From: an uncultured delta proteobacterium
GTDB lineage: Bacteria; Myxococcota_A; Polyangia; Polyangiales; B10-G4
Direction: 5' to 3'
Assembly: GCA_963727445.1 (NCBI GenBank)
Contig: CAVSGI010000009.1
Location: 160,001 to 224,000, forward strand
Length of the DNA: 64,000 nt
This document shows positions 9,888-22,934 of this stretch, one piece after another; the first letter of the stretch is position 1; each line of letters begins with the position of its first letter. Below the pieces are notes generated by a model that saw only the letters and a program-made list of their open reading frames with translations, searched no databases and was not told the origin of the DNA. The position numbers and the translations under genes are program-made.

Positions 9888-10409
9888 GTGCCTCGGTACT
9901 TCCTCGTCTCCTTCGCCGCTCTTGCGATGCTCACGGTCGCCTGCTCGACGTCGCATCCCACGCGGGAAGCGGGGATCGACGAGGGCGGCGTTTGCGTCGC
10001 CGGAGAGGCGTGCGCGGGGCCGTGCGGGCACGGCCGAACGGTTTGCGCGGGTGGTGCGCCCCGGTGCGTCGGCGAGGTCGCGGCGGAGGGCACGATATGC
10101 CGTGCCGCCGCGGGTCCCTGCGACGTCGCGGAGCTCTGCGACGGCGACACCGCGGCGTGCCCCGCCGACCGCTTCGAGCCGATCCGAACGAGCTGCGGCG
10201 GAGCGACCTGGGAGTGCGACGGCGCGGGCACCTGTCGGGATACCGCGGGCCGTTGCGGCATCCCCTGCGAGTTCCCGTACCCCTGCTATCGCGCCGTGAC
10301 GAGCTGCGAGACCCCGGACTTCAGCTGCGTCGCGGCTGAGTTCCTCCCAGAAGGCACCCCGTGTGATGGTGGGTCGTGCGATCGCGGCGGGTCGTGCCTC
10401 CCCCCCTGA
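9888..10409 (+). CDS. Cys-rich lipoprotein with disintegrin-like motif
   Basis: LAMLTVAC lipobox; GTICRAAAGPCDVAELCDGDTAACPAD. Confidence 0.7.
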   Translation: MPRYFLVSFAALAMLTVACSTSHPTREAGIDEGGVCVAGEACAGPCGHGRTVCAGGAPRCVGEVAAEGTICRAAAGPCDVAELCDGDTAACPADRFEPIRTSCGGATWECDGAGTCRDTAGRCGIPCEFPYPCYRAVTSCETPDFSCVAAEFLPEGTPCDGGSCDRGGSCLPP

Positions 10410-10428
10410 GATTTCACGTGGATCCGCC

Positions 10429-10456
10429 TTGACACCCCCTACTTCTTGGGCAATCT
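10429..10456 (+). promoter_or_regulatory. Putative sigma70 promoter upstream of tuf
   Basis: Perfect TTGACA at 10429; weak -10 (CAATCT) 16 bp later. Confidence 0.4.
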
Positions 10457-10781
10457 TCCCGCCTCCCAACGCCTGGGGACTGCCCGATTTGGGCGCCTAG
10501 GGCTTGAAATGATTGCTTAAAATCCGTTCGGGAAGGTCCGCTCCACTGGGCGCGAAACCACTCGGAAGAGGAGCCAGAGTTCTTCGATTCATGAAGCTGT
10601 GCACATAGACGAGAGCTGTCAGTTCTAAAAAGCGCCCGCCATCCGGCCGGGCCACTGCGCATCTCTCGAAACCTTCTCCGCGAATCCCAACCCGAGGGTG
10701 GTTGGCCGGGCGGGGGGGGTTTTCGTGTCTTTGGACCCCCGAACGGTCCCCCAACTGAAGATCCCAAGGAGATCGACTGAA

Positions 10782-11972
<1,191 letters not shown>

Positions 11973-11979
11973 GGTTCCC

Positions 11980-12018
11980 GAGCCGGGTCGCGCTCACGCC
12001 GACCCGGCTCTTTTCTTT
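11980..12018 (+). terminator. Intrinsic terminator-like hairpin between tuf and rpsJ
   Basis: GAGCCGGGTCG / CGACCCGGCTC 11-bp stem + TTTTCTTT. Confidence 0.8.
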
Positions 12019-12038
12019 CCCGAGACAGAGAGCGGCAG

Positions 12039-12339
<301 letters not shown>

Positions 12340-12353
12340 AGGCGGGGAGTACC

Positions 12354-13004
12354 ATGGCCAAGGTCACGATTTACGACACGGACAAGAAGGCAGTCGGCGA
12401 GCTGGATCTCGACGACGGCGTCTTCGGCACCGAGGTCAACGAAGGCCTCCTCTACGAGGTGGTCAAGGCGCAGCTCGCGTCGCGCCGCAAGGGCTCGCAC
12501 AGCACGAAGAACCGTGCCGAGGTCAGCGGGTCCAGCAAGAAGATCTACAAGCAGAAGGGCACCGGTCGCGCCCGCCACGGCACGATCCGCGCTCCGAGCT
12601 TCGTCGGCGGCGGTCAGGCGCACGGGCCTCGGCCGAAGAGCTGGGCGTACCGTCCGCCGCGCAAGATGCGCATCGGCGCGCTCAAGAGCGCTCTCTCGCT
12701 CAAGCTCGGCGAAGGCAAGCTCGTCGTCCTCGACAAGCTCTCGCTCGACGAGATCAAGACCAAGGCGCTCGCCGGCATCCTCGACAAGCTCGAGGTGGCG
12801 AAGAGCTCGCTCATCGTGGACGTCGCGGGCAACGACAACCTGCGCCTCTCGGCCCGGAACCTCGCGTCCCACCAGTACCTGCCCCCCGAGGGCGTCAACC
12901 TCTACGACGTGCTTCGTCACGAGCACCTCGTCCTGACCAAGGACGCGGCTCTGGCGCTTCAGGCGCGTTGCAACGGTCAGCCGCTGGCTGACGCGGCGGA
13001 GTGA
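12354..13004 (+). CDS. rplD: 50S protein L4
   Basis: [30 protein letters not shown]. Confidence 0.97.
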   Translation: MAKVTIYDTDKKAVGELDLDDGVFGTEVNEGLLYEVVKAQLASRRKGSHSTKNRAEVSGSSKKIYKQKGTGRARHGTIRAPSFVGGGQAHGPRPKSWAYRPPRKMRIGALKSALSLKLGEGKLVVLDKLSLDEIKTKALAGILDKLEVAKSSLIVDVAGNDNLRLSARNLASHQYLPPEGVNLYDVLRHEHLVLTKDAALALQARCNGQPLADAAE

Positions 13005-13008
13005 TCCG

Positions 13009-13299
13009 ATGAAGGCCGAAAACGTCATCAAGCGTCCGCTCATCCTCACCGAGAAGGGGAGCGTCCTCCGCGAGGAGGAGAACAAGTACCTCTTCGAGGT
13101 GCACCCCGAATCCAACAAGATCGAGATCAAGAACGCCGTCGAGACGCTGTTCAAGGTCACGGTCGAGGACGTCAACACCCTCATCGTGCGGGGCCGCATG
13201 CGCCGGATGGGCCGCGGCCGCGCCAAGACCAAGAACTGGAAGAAGGCGATCGTCACCCTGTCGGATGGCGAGTCGATCGACTTCTTCGAGGGAGCCTGA
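13009..13299 (+). CDS. rplW: 50S protein L23
   Basis: [28 protein letters not shown]. Confidence 0.97.
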   Translation: MKAENVIKRPLILTEKGSVLREEENKYLFEVHPESNKIEIKNAVETLFKVTVEDVNTLIVRGRMRRMGRGRAKTKNWKKAIVTLSDGESIDFFEGA

Positions 13300-13303
13300 T
13301 CCG

Positions 13304-14130
<827 letters not shown>

Positions 14131-14131
<1 letters not shown>

Positions 14132-14438
14132 TGCCGCGTTCAGCCAAAAAGGGTCCGTTCATCGACGACCATCTTCAGAAGAAGGTCGATGCAGCGACCA
14201 AGAGTGGCGACCGCAAGGTCATCCGGACGTGGTCGCGGCGCTCCGACGATCACCCCGGACTTCGTCGGGCTCACAGTTCGCCGTCCACAACGGCAACAAG
14301 TTCGTCACCGTCTACGTCACGGAGAACATGGTCGGGCACAAGCTCGGCGAGTTCGCTCCGACGCGCACCTTCCACGGCCACGCCGCCGACAAGAAGGGCA
14401 AGGGCGGCAAGGTCAACCCGAGGACTGGAAAGCGTTGA
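14131..14438 (+). CDS. rpsS: 30S protein S19 (two apparent +1 frameshifts ~14246, ~14275)
   Basis: [16 protein letters not shown] / [10 protein letters not shown] / [21 protein letters not shown] across three frames. Confidence 0.93.
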
Positions 14439-14486
14439 ATCAGTGGGGCTGCGTGCTACACGCGCCCCCGGATGAAGGCCAGAGAC

Positions 14487-14831
14487 ATGGAAGCGATTGC
14501 AAAGGCTCGATTTCAGAGGATTTCCCCGCGGAAAGCGCGGATGGTCCTCGATATGGTGCGCGGAGAGCCCGTCGCCGAGGCGGCGGCCAAGCTCCGGTTC
14601 ACCAAGAAGGCGGCAGCGCCCCTCGTGGCGAAGCTGCTCGACAGCGCCATCGCCAACGCGCGTCAGAAGGACGAGAACGTCGACCTCGACGACCTCGTCA
14701 TCAAGACCGCGATGGCCGACAAGGCGCCGGACCGTCACATGCGCCGCTGGCGCCCTCGGGCACAGGGACGCGCCACCCGCATCGTGAAGGGCATGAGCCA
14801 TTTGACGATCGTTCTTTCGGACGAGGAGTAG
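14487..14831 (+). CDS. rplV: 50S protein L22
   Basis: [26 protein letters not shown]. Confidence 0.97.
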   Translation: MEAIAKARFQRISPRKARMVLDMVRGEPVAEAAAKLRFTKKAAAPLVAKLLDSAIANARQKDENVDLDDLVIKTAMADKAPDRHMRRWRPRAQGRATRIVKGMSHLTIVLSDEE

Positions 14832-14835
14832 GACA

Positions 14836-15504
14836 GTGGGCCAGAAGACACACCCGTACGGATTTCGTCTCGGCGTCATCAAGACCTGGAAGTCCAAGTG
14901 GTACGAGGACAAGAACTACGCGAAGTGGCTCCACGAGGACCTCGCGCTGAAGCGCACGATCCGCGAGAAGTTCGCGCACGCGGGCATCGCCGAGATCGAG
15001 ATCGAGCGCGCGGCCAACAAGGCGAAGGTGGTCATCTACACCTCGCGGCCGGGCATCATCATCGGTAAGCGCGGCGCCGGCGTCGAGCAGCTCAAGGCGG
15101 AGCTCCAGAAGCTCACCGACAACGAGCTCTTCGTCGACATCCAGGAGATCCGCAAGGCGGAGACCAACGCTCAGCTCGTCGCAGACAACATCGCGACCCA
15201 GCTCGAGCGCCGCGTCGCCTTCCGCCGTGCGATGAAGAAGGCGGTCTCCACCGCGATGAAGTTCGGCGTGAAGGGCATCCGCGTTCGCGCCGGCGGCCGC
15301 CTCGGCGGCACCGAGATCAGCCGCGTCGAGGGGTACCGCGAGGGCCGCGTGCCGCTCCACACCCTGCGCGCCGACATCCAGTACGGCGAGACCACCGCCA
15401 AGACCAAGGCGGGCACCATCGGCATCAAGTGTTGGATCTTCAAGGGCGAGATCATCCAGGGCCGTCGTCGCGGTCCGAACGCTCCCGCTCCCAGGACCCG
15501 CTGA
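14836..15504 (+). CDS. rpsC: 30S protein S3
   Basis: [25 protein letters not shown]. Confidence 0.98.
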   Translation: MGQKTHPYGFRLGVIKTWKSKWYEDKNYAKWLHEDLALKRTIREKFAHAGIAEIEIERAANKAKVVIYTSRPGIIIGKRGAGVEQLKAELQKLTDNELFVDIQEIRKAETNAQLVADNIATQLERRVAFRRAMKKAVSTAMKFGVKGIRVRAGGRLGGTEISRVEGYREGRVPLHTLRADIQYGETTAKTKAGTIGIKCWIFKGEIIQGRRRGPNAPAPRTR

Positions 15505-15519
15505 GGAAGAGACGTAGCC

Positions 15520-15936
15520 ATGCTTCAGCCGAAACGAACCAAGTTCCGTAAGCAGATGAAGGGCAAGATGCGCGGCCTCGCGTATCGCGGCTCCAACGTC
15601 AGCTTCGGCGATTACGGCCTGGCCGTGACCGAGTGCGGTCGCATCACCGCCCGTCAGATCGAGGCGGCGCGTATGGCGATTCAGCGCAAGGTGAAGCGCC
15701 AGGGCAAGCTCTACATCCGGGTGTTCCCGGACAAGCCGGTCAGCAAGAAGCCCCTCGAGACTCGTATGGGTAAGGGCAAAGGCGCCGTCGACCAGTGGGT
15801 CGCCGTCGTCAAGCCCGGCAAGGTGCTCTACGAGATCGAAGGCGTGACCGAGGAGCAGGCGCGCGAGGCGTTCCGCATCGCCGCCTTCAAGCTCCCGCTT
15901 CCCACCGTCTTTCGCGTTCGAGGAGAAGGGCTGTGA
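15520..15936 (+). CDS. rplP: 50S protein L16
   Basis: [18 protein letters not shown]. Confidence 0.98.
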   Translation: MLQPKRTKFRKQMKGKMRGLAYRGSNVSFGDYGLAVTECGRITARQIEAARMAIQRKVKRQGKLYIRVFPDKPVSKKPLETRMGKGKGAVDQWVAVVKPGKVLYEIEGVTEEQAREAFRIAAFKLPLPTVFRVRGEGL

Positions 15937-16136
15937 AGAACTCTGAGCTCAGGGAGCACACCGACGAGGAGCTCCGCAACATGGAAGCCGATCTCGCGCG
16001 CGAGCTCTGGCAGGCGCGGTTCGACAACCACACCAACCAGCTCGACGATACGAGCTCGATCAAGAAGCTGCGCCGTCGCATCGCGAAGGTGAAGACCATT
16101 CTCACCGAGCGCGCCAGCGCTGCGGAGCAGGGGTAA
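15933..16136 (+). CDS. rpmC: 50S protein L29
   Basis: [20 protein letters not shown]; syntenic position. Confidence 0.92.
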   Translation: MKNSELREHTDEELRNMEADLARELWQARFDNHTNQLDDTSSIKKLRRRIAKVKTILTERASAAEQG

Positions 16137-16143
16137 GTAAGTC

Positions 16144-16446
16144 ATGGCCGAAGCCACTCCGAAGAAGATCAAGGATCGCGGGGCGCGACGTAAGCTCGTC
16201 GGCCGCGTGGTCAACGACACCAAGAACCCGAACCGCGCGAAGAAGACGGTCACGATCGAAGTCATTCGACGCTTCCGTGACCCTTTCTACGGCAAGTACG
16301 TCAAGCAGCGTAAGCGCGTCCACGCCCACGACGAGAACCACGAGTACCGCACCCGTGACCTCGTCGAGATCGAGGAGAGCCGTCCGCTCTCCAAGACCAA
16401 GCGTTGGGTCGTGACCAAGCTGCTCGAGCGTCCGCCCGAGGTCTAG
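16144..16446 (+). CDS. rpsQ: 30S protein S17
   Basis: [22 protein letters not shown]. Confidence 0.96.
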   Translation: MAEATPKKIKDRGARRKLVGRVVNDTKNPNRAKKTVTIEVIRRFRDPFYGKYVKQRKRVHAHDENHEYRTRDLVEIEESRPLSKTKRWVVTKLLERPPEV

Positions 16447-16450
16447 ACCG

Positions 16451-16819
16451 ATGATTCAGACGCAAACGGAAATGGACGTCGCGGACAACAGCGGCGCGAA
16501 GCGAGTCGAGGTCATCAAGGTCCTCGGCGGCTCGCGGCGCCGCTACGCCGCCCTCGGTGACATCGTCGTCGTCTCCATCAAGGAGGCGCTTCCCACCGCC
16601 AAGGTGAAGAAGGGCGACGTGGCCAAGGCGGTCGTGGTCCGGACCAAGTTCGGCTATCGCCGGTACGACGGCAGCTACATCAAGTTCGACACGAACAGCG
16701 CCGTCCTCCTCAACAACCAGCTCGAGCCCGTCGGGACCCGCATCTTCGGCCCGGTCGCGCGCGAGCTCCGCACGAAGCGCTTCATGAAGATCGTTTCGCT
16801 GGCGCCGGAGGTCATCTGA
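16451..16819 (+). CDS. rplN: 50S protein L14
   Basis: [26 protein letters not shown]. Confidence 0.98.
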   Translation: MIQTQTEMDVADNSGAKRVEVIKVLGGSRRRYAALGDIVVVSIKEALPTAKVKKGDVAKAVVVRTKFGYRRYDGSYIKFDTNSAVLLNNQLEPVGTRIFGPVARELRTKRFMKIVSLAPEVI

Positions 16820-17136
16820 TGGCCCATCGTCTCAAGAAGGACGACCTCGTGGTCGTCATCGCCGGGCGCTCCAAGGGCGAGGTCGGCCGCATCCTCAAGG
16901 TCGACGCCGCCAGTGGCCGCGTCATCGTCGAGGGCGTCAACCGCGTCAAGAAGCACCAGAAGCCCACGCCGAAGAATCCCACCGGTGGGATTGTCGAGGT
17001 GGAGGCGCCCATCCACGTGTCCAACGTGATGCTCCAGGACCCGAAGGAGGAAGCTCCGACCCGGGTTCGCATGGGCGTCGACAAGGACGGCAAGAAGGTC
17101 CGAATCGCCGTGAAGAGCGGTTCGGTGATCGACTGA
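16819..17136 (+). CDS. rplX: 50S protein L24
   Basis: [16 protein letters not shown]. Confidence 0.97.
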   Translation: MAHRLKKDDLVVVIAGRSKGEVGRILKVDAASGRVIVEGVNRVKKHQKPTPKNPTGGIVEVEAPIHVSNVMLQDPKEEAPTRVRMGVDKDGKKVRIAVKSGSVID

Positions 17137-17149
17137 ATCGGTGAATGCG

Positions 17150-17704
17150 ATGTCCGAATCAATCACGCCCCGTCTCCTGAAGAAGTACACGGAAGAGGTC
17201 GTCCCGGCCCTTCAGAAGGAGTTCGGCTACAAGAACCCGATGCAGGTGCCCCGTCTGACCAAGATCGTGGTCAACATGGGCCTCGGCGAGGCGGTGCAGA
17301 ACTCGAAGATCGTCGAGGCTGCTGTCACCGATCTCACCGCGATCACCGGTCAGAAGCCGGTCGTCACCCGCGCGCGGAAGTCGATCGCCACCTTCAAGCT
17401 CCGCGAGGGCATGCCCATCGGCGCGATGGTCACCCTCCGCCGAGCGCGGATGTGGGAGTTCTACGACCGCCTGGTCACCTTCGCCCTGCCGCGCGTGCGC
17501 GACTTCAAGGGCGTCAGTGCCAAGGCCTTCGACGGCCGCGGTAACTACACCCTCGGCGTGCGGGAGCAGATCGTCTTCCCGGAGATCGAGTACGACAAGG
17601 TCGACAAGATCAAGGGCCTCAACATCACGCTCGTCACGACGGCTGAGAACGACGAGCAGGCACGCGCGCTGTTGCGCGGCCTCGGGATGCCTTTCCGCAA
17701 GTAG
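17150..17704 (+). CDS. rplE: 50S protein L5
   Basis: [24 protein letters not shown]. Confidence 0.98.
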   Translation: MSESITPRLLKKYTEEVVPALQKEFGYKNPMQVPRLTKIVVNMGLGEAVQNSKIVEAAVTDLTAITGQKPVVTRARKSIATFKLREGMPIGAMVTLRRARMWEFYDRLVTFALPRVRDFKGVSAKAFDGRGNYTLGVREQIVFPEIEYDKVDKIKGLNITLVTTAENDEQARALLRGLGMPFRK

Positions 17705-17718
17705 AGAGAGAGATAGCG

Positions 17719-17904
17719 ATGGCAAGCGCACGCATGTTCGCGAAACTGAAGTCGACCCCGAAGTTCAAGGTCAGGCACCGCAATCGTTGCAAGGTCTGTG
17801 GCCGCTCGCGCGCGTACTACCGCAAGTTCGAGCTGTGCCGAATCTGCCTCCGTAAGTACGCCCTCGCGGGAGACATCCCGGGCGTCACGAAGTCGAGCTG
17901 GTGA
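17719..17904 (+). CDS. rpsN: 30S protein S14, short Zn-binding type
   Basis: [20 protein letters not shown]; 61 aa. Confidence 0.96.
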   Translation: MASARMFAKLKSTPKFKVRHRNRCKVCGRSRAYYRKFELCRICLRKYALAGDIPGVTKSSW

Positions 17905-17917
17905 AGGAAGTCACGTC

Positions 17918-18310
17918 ATGAACTCTGATCCGATCAGTGACATGCTCGCGCGCATCCGGAACGCCTCCCTGGCGCGCCTGGACCGCACCGAAATGCCCTT
18001 GTCCAAGATCAAGGTGGGTATCGCCGAGATCCTGAAGCAGGAGGGCTTCATCTCCGACTTCCGCGTGGAAGAGGAGCATCCCGCGAAGCTGACCGTGTAC
18101 ATGAAGTACGGTCGCGATCGGGAGAGCGCCATCGCCGGGATGCGCCGCAAGAGCCGCCCCGGTCGCCGTGTCTACGTCGGCTACCGCGACATTCCGAAGG
18201 TGCTCAACGGCCTCGGCGTGTCCATCGTGTCGACCAGCAAGGGCGTCATGACCGACGCCACCGCCCGCGAGACCAAAGTGGGCGGCGAGATCCTCTGCGA
18301 GGTCTGGTGA
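17918..18310 (+). CDS. rpsH: 30S protein S8
   Basis: DPISDMLARIRN, SRPGRRVY, STSKGVMT. Confidence 0.97.
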   Translation: MNSDPISDMLARIRNASLARLDRTEMPLSKIKVGIAEILKQEGFISDFRVEEEHPAKLTVYMKYGRDRESAIAGMRRKSRPGRRVYVGYRDIPKVLNGLGVSIVSTSKGVMTDATARETKVGGEILCEVW

Positions 18311-18888
18311 TGTCCGAAGCCACCGAAAAGCAGTCGCGGGTCGGCAAGGCGCCGATTCCGATCGTGAAGGGCGTCGACGTGAAGATCGACGGCCAGACGA
18401 TCTCCCTCAAGGGACCGAAGGGCGAGATCACCCACGAGGCGCACCACGAGGTGAAGGTCGAGAAGCAGGGCGAGGAGATCGTCGTCATTCCGAGCAGTCG
18501 GAAGGCGAACCAGTTCCAGGGCCTGACCCGCTCGATCCTCGCCAACGCGGTGCACGGCGTCTCCGAGGGGTTCAAGACCAGCCTCGACCTCTACGGGGTC
18601 GGCTATCGCGCCGAGCTCAAGGGGTCTGCGCTGAATCTCAGCCTCGGCCTGAGCCACGTCGTCAACTACGAGCTGCCCGCCGGGGTCAAGGCGCGCATCG
18701 AGACCATCGACGAGGGCGGTCTGAAGCGCCCCCGCGTGCATCTCGAGAGCCACGACAAGTCGCTCCTGGGGCAGGTCGCGGGCCGCATCAAGTCGTTCCG
18801 CCCGCCGGAGCCCTACAAGGGCAAGGGCGTGCGCTTCACCGGTGAGCGCATCAGGGAGAAGGCCGGCAAGGCCGGTAAGGGCGCCTGA
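18310..18888 (+). CDS. rplF: 50S protein L6
   Basis: [26 protein letters not shown]. Confidence 0.97.
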   Translation: MSEATEKQSRVGKAPIPIVKGVDVKIDGQTISLKGPKGEITHEAHHEVKVEKQGEEIVVIPSSRKANQFQGLTRSILANAVHGVSEGFKTSLDLYGVGYRAELKGSALNLSLGLSHVVNYELPAGVKARIETIDEGGLKRPRVHLESHDKSLLGQVAGRIKSFRPPEPYKGKGVRFTGERIREKAGKAGKGA

Positions 18889-19036
18889 CGATGGACCTCG
18901 TTCACACCATCCGCCGGCTTACGTCCTCGGCCACTCCCTGCGACGCACCTTCAGTGCGTCTCGGTCGGGCGCTGTGGGCGCGCTCGGCGGCTGGCGCAAA
19001 CGAGGCCCATCTGAGTCTTTCAAACGGGTGTTTGTC

Positions 19037-19390
19037 ATGAAGAAGCGAGAAGAGATTCGGGCCAAGCGCAAGAAGCGCATCCGGAAGAAGATCGAGGGCA
19101 GCGCGGAGCGTCCGCGTCTCTCGGTGTTCCGGAGCACCAAGCACATCTACGCCCAGGTCGTCGACGACCTCACCGGCAAGACCCTCGCGTGCGCGTCCTC
19201 GCTCGACAAAGAGCTCAAGGGCACGGAAGGCACGAAGACGGACGCGGCCAAGGCCGTGGGCACTCGTCTCGCCGAGGTCTGCAAGGGCAAGGGCATCGAG
19301 AAGGTCGTCTTCGACCGGAACGGGTTCATCTATCACGGCCGCGTCAAGGCGGTTGCGGAGGGCGCTCGCGAGGGCGGCCTCAACTTCTGA
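19037..19390 (+). CDS. rplR: 50S protein L18
   Basis: [26 protein letters not shown]. Confidence 0.97.
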   Translation: MKKREEIRAKRKKRIRKKIEGSAERPRLSVFRSTKHIYAQVVDDLTGKTLACASSLDKELKGTEGTKTDAAKAVGTRLAEVCKGKGIEKVVFDRNGFIYHGRVKAVAEGAREGGLNF

Positions 19391-19408
19391 AGCGATTAGG
19401 GCATTTCA

Positions 19409-19942
19409 ATGCGTCACGACGAAATCATCGATCCGAACACGCTCGAGGACCTCTCCGAGCGCGTGATCCACATCAACCGCGTCGCCAAGGTGGTCAAGGG
19501 CGGCCGGCGCTTCAGCTTCTCCGCTCTGGTCGTCGTCGGTGACGGCAAGGGCCACGTGGGTGTGGGCCTGGGCAAGGCCAACGAGGTGCCGGACGCCATC
19601 CGCAAGGGGAACGAGCGTGCTCGGAAGAACATCTTCCGGGTGCCCCTGGTCGGGACGACCATCCCCCACAAGATCGACGGACACTTCGGTGCAGGTCACG
19701 TGATGCTCCGCCCGGCCAGCGAAGGTACGGGCGTCATCGCCGGCGGCGCGGTTCGCGCCGTCGTCGAGGCGGCGGGCATCCGCGACGTGCTCTGCAAAAT
19801 CCTCAACACCACCAACCCGCACAACGTCGTTCACGCGACGGTGACCGCGCTCAAGGGACTGCACTCGGCGGAGTCGGTTTCGGCGCGCCGCGGCAAGCCG
19901 GTCGGCCAGAAGAAGGCGGCGACCCCTGAGGTGAGCGCATGA
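19409..19942 (+). CDS. rpsE: 30S protein S5
   Basis: [24 protein letters not shown]. Confidence 0.98.
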   Translation: MRHDEIIDPNTLEDLSERVIHINRVAKVVKGGRRFSFSALVVVGDGKGHVGVGLGKANEVPDAIRKGNERARKNIFRVPLVGTTIPHKIDGHFGAGHVMLRPASEGTGVIAGGAVRAVVEAAGIRDVLCKILNTTNPHNVVHATVTALKGLHSAESVSARRGKPVGQKKAATPEVSA

Positions 19943-20127
19943 AGGCCAAGCTCAAAGTCACGCAGTTGCGCAGCGGTATCGGGCGCCCTGCACACCAGAA
20001 CAAGATCCTTCGGGGCCTCGGGCTCCGCGGACCGAATCGGTCTGTGGTCGTGGCCAACACCGCGGACTTCCGCGGGATGATCAAGAAGGTGCTTCACCTC
20101 GTCACGGTGGAGGAGATCGATGGCTGA
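19939..20127 (+). CDS. rpmD: 50S protein L30
   Basis: [23 protein letters not shown]. Confidence 0.95.
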   Translation: MKAKLKVTQLRSGIGRPAHQNKILRGLGLRGPNRSVVVANTADFRGMIKKVLHLVTVEEIDG

Positions 20128-20639
20128 AGAAGTAAACGATGACGTCCCGATCCTCTCGCGGCTCTCGCCGCCGGAGGGCGCGGTGCGCGGCAAGAAGCGA
20201 AAGGGTCGCGGCGTGGGCTCCGGCCTCGGCAAGACCAGCGGCAAGGGCATGAAGGGTCAGAAGGCCCGCAGCCCCGGCAACTTCCAGCACCTCGGCTTCG
20301 AGGGTGGCCAGACGCCGATCTATCGTCGCCTCCCGAAGTTCGGCTTCAAGAACCCCTTCTCCAAGAAGGTCGCGACCGTGAACGTCGCCGATCTCGGCCC
20401 GCTTCGACGCGGGCGCGACGGTGAACGAGGAGTCGCTTCGCGAGGCGCGCCTCGTACGCGGCGTCTTCGACCGCATCAAGGTGCTCGGCAATGGGGAGCT
20501 CGACAAGAAGCTCACCGTCGAGGCGAACGCCTTCAGCAAGAGCGCGAAGGAGAAGATCGAGAAGGCCGGTGGCACCGTCACGGTCATCGAGATCCCGGAG
20601 CGCAAGTACGTCCGCGGAAAGAACCAAGCCGACAGCTGA
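20120..20639 (+). CDS. rplO: 50S protein L15 (apparent +1 frameshift ~20398)
   Basis: [28 protein letters not shown], then [23 protein letters not shown] in the next frame. Confidence 0.94.
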
Positions 20640-20656
20640 GCATCGGGGACTGCTGA

Positions 20657-21967
20657 ATGAGCGCCTTCGCGAACATCGCCAAGATTCCGGAGCTCCGGCG
20701 CCGCATCCTCTTCACCCTGGGGATGCTCGCCGTCTATCGGATCGGCATCTTCGTCACGTCACCCGGCGTCGACCGGAACGTGATGCAGCAGATCGTCTCT
20801 TCTCAGGGCGGTCTGCTCGGCATGTTCAACCTCTTCTCGGGAGGCGCGCTCGAGCAGCTCTCGATCTTCGCGCTGGGCATCATGCCCTACGTCACCTCGT
20901 CCATCATCCTTTCGCTGCTCGGCGTGGTCATCAAGCCGCTCGAGGAGCTGAAGAAGGAAGGCGAGGCCGGTCAGCGCAAGATCAATCAGTACACGCGTTA
21001 CGGCACCGCGGGCCTGAGCTTCGTTCAGAGCTTCGGCATCGCGCTCTACCTCGAGAGCCTCAACGCGAGCTCGGTCTATGGTGACGTCGTCGCCGAGCCG
21101 GGCTGGGGCTTCCGCATCCTGACGATCATCACGCTCACCACGGGGACCTGCTTCCTGATGTGGCTCGGCGAGCAGATCACCGAGCGCGGCATCGGTAACG
21201 GCATCTCGCTGATCATCTTCGCCGGCATCGTCGCGAACCTGCCCGACAACGTCGTGCAGACCTTCCAGATGGTGCAGATCGGCCAGATGGAGCCCATCAC
21301 GCTCCTGTTGGTGGTCGGCATCGGCCTCGGCGTGATCGCGGTCATCTGCTTCTTCGAGCGCGCCCAGCGCCGCCTGCCGATCCACTACGCCAAGCGCATG
21401 GTCGGCCGGAAGATGTACGGCGGACAGACCTCGCACCTGCCGCTTCGCGTGAACATGAGCGGCGTCATCCCGCCCATCTTCGCCTCGTCGCTGATGATGT
21501 TCCCGGTGACCCTCGGCACTTACAACGTGCCCGGGATGGATTGGGTCCAGCAGCAGTTGGTCCCGGGCACATGGAGCTACACCACCATCTTCGCGGCGAT
21601 GGTCATCTTCTTCTGCTTCTTCTACACGTCGGTCACCTTCCAGCCGGTCGACGTCGCGGAGAACCTCAAGAAGCAGAACGCGTTCATCCCGGGCATCCGC
21701 CCCGGCAAGGCGACGGCTGACTACATCGACCGCGTCGTGACGCGCATCACCTTCGGCGGCGCCCTCTACGTGGCGATCGTCTGCACCATCCCGGACCTCA
21801 TGCAGTCCGGCTGGCGCGTGCCGTTCTATCTCGGTGGCACCTCGCTCATGATCGTGGTCGGCGTCGCGCTCGACACCGTTCAGCAGATCGAGTCGCACCT
21901 CATCACGCGTCACTACGAGGGTCTGACCGGACCCAAGGGTCCGCGCATCAGAGGGAGGCGCGGCTGA
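20657..21967 (+). CDS. secY: Preprotein translocase SecY
   Basis: [38 protein letters not shown]. Confidence 0.98.
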   Translation: MSAFANIAKIPELRRRILFTLGMLAVYRIGIFVTSPGVDRNVMQQIVSSQGGLLGMFNLFSGGALEQLSIFALGIMPYVTSSIILSLLGVVIKPLEELKKEGEAGQRKINQYTRYGTAGLSFVQSFGIALYLESLNASSVYGDVVAEPGWGFRILTIITLTTGTCFLMWLGEQITERGIGNGISLIIFAGIVANLPDNVVQTFQMVQIGQMEPITLLLVVGIGLGVIAVICFFERAQRRLPIHYAKRMVGRKMYGGQTSHLPLRVNMSGVIPPIFASSLMMFPVTLGTYNVPGMDWVQQQLVPGTWSYTTIFAAMVIFFCFFYTSVTFQPVDVAENLKKQNAFIPGIRPGKATADYIDRVVTRITFGGALYVAIVCTIPDLMQSGWRVPFYLGGTSLMIVVGVALDTVQQIESHLITRHYEGLTGPKGPRIRGRRG

Positions 21968-22599
21968 TGGATCTCGTTCTCTTTGGACCCCCCGGCGCTG
22001 GCAAAGGCACCCAGGCCCAGCGCCTCACGGACATGCTCGAGGTCCCTCAGATCTCGACCGGCGACATGATGCGTGCCGAGAAGAAGTCCGGCTCGGACCT
22101 CGGGAAGAAGTTCGCCGAGTACATGGAGCAGGGAAAGCTGGTCCCCGACGAGATGGTCGGCGAGCTCATCAAGAAGCGCCTCGGTCAGGCTGACGCCAAA
22201 AACGGTGCGATCTTCGACGGTTACCCGCGGACCGTGGCCCAGGCCGAGCTCCTCGACCGGATCCTCGGCGAGCTCGAGCGCAAGGTCGACAAGGTCATCA
22301 GCATCGAGGTTCCGCTCGAGGACATCATCGAGCGAATCGGCGGAAGACGGACGGACCCGTCGACTGGACAAGTCTACCACCTGACGTACAATCCGCCCCC
22401 CGCTGACTTTTCGGGGGAGCTCGTCCAGCGCAAGGACGACACTCCCGAGGTCGTTCGCGAGCGCTACAAAGGCTACGAAAACAAGACTTTGCCGGTCCTT
22501 CCCTACTACGAGGCGAAGGGGCTGGTGGCAGCGGTGAACGGTGTCGGTTCACTCGACGAAGTAACGGAGCGTATCAAGGCAGCGATTGGAAAAAACTGA
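21967..22599 (+). CDS. adk: Adenylate kinase
   Basis: GPPGAGKGTQA, STGDM, DGYPRT. Confidence 0.97.
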   Translation: MDLVLFGPPGAGKGTQAQRLTDMLEVPQISTGDMMRAEKKSGSDLGKKFAEYMEQGKLVPDEMVGELIKKRLGQADAKNGAIFDGYPRTVAQAELLDRILGELERKVDKVISIEVPLEDIIERIGGRRTDPSTGQVYHLTYNPPPADFSGELVQRKDDTPEVVRERYKGYENKTLPVLPYYEAKGLVAAVNGVGSLDEVTERIKAAIGKN

Positions 22600-22792
22600 G
22601 GAAGGGATCATCGAATCGGCCGAGCCCCGCGGACTCTATCGGGTGCGAACCGACGCAGGTCAGATGTTGACCGCGTCGATCAGCAGCCACGCGCGGCGCG
22701 TCACCGTGAAGTTCCTTCCCGGCGATCGAGTGGAGGTAGCGATATCCCCCATCGATCCCAGCCGAGGCCGGATTACCAAGAGACTGAGCTAG
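22586..22792 (+). CDS. infA: Divergent translation initiation factor IF-1-like protein
   Basis: [19 protein letters not shown]-terminal half; position between adk and rpmJ; N-terminal half poorly conserved; TTG start. Confidence 0.7.
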   Translation: MEKTEEGIIESAEPRGLYRVRTDAGQMLTASISSHARRVTVKFLPGDRVEVAISPIDPSRGRITKRLS

Positions 22793-22803
22793 CGAGAAGC
22801 ACG

Positions 22804-22917
22804 ATGAAGGTACGACCCAGCGTCAAGAAGATTTGTGACAAGTGCAAGGTCATCCGCCGCAAGGGTGTCGTGCGCGTCATCTGTGAAAACCCCCGCCACA
22901 AGCAGCGGCAGGGCTGA
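22804..22917 (+). CDS. rpmJ: 50S protein L36
   Basis: Manual translation [37 protein letters not shown]. Confidence 0.97.
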   Translation: MKVRPSVKKICDKCKVIRRKGVVRVICENPRHKQRQG

Positions 22918-22934
22918 GAAGAGAGAGAAGAGTC

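Noticed and set aside
10414..10781. tRNA cluster upstream of tuf
   Set aside because: No cloverleaf with a T-loop GTTCRA and acceptor stem could be found.
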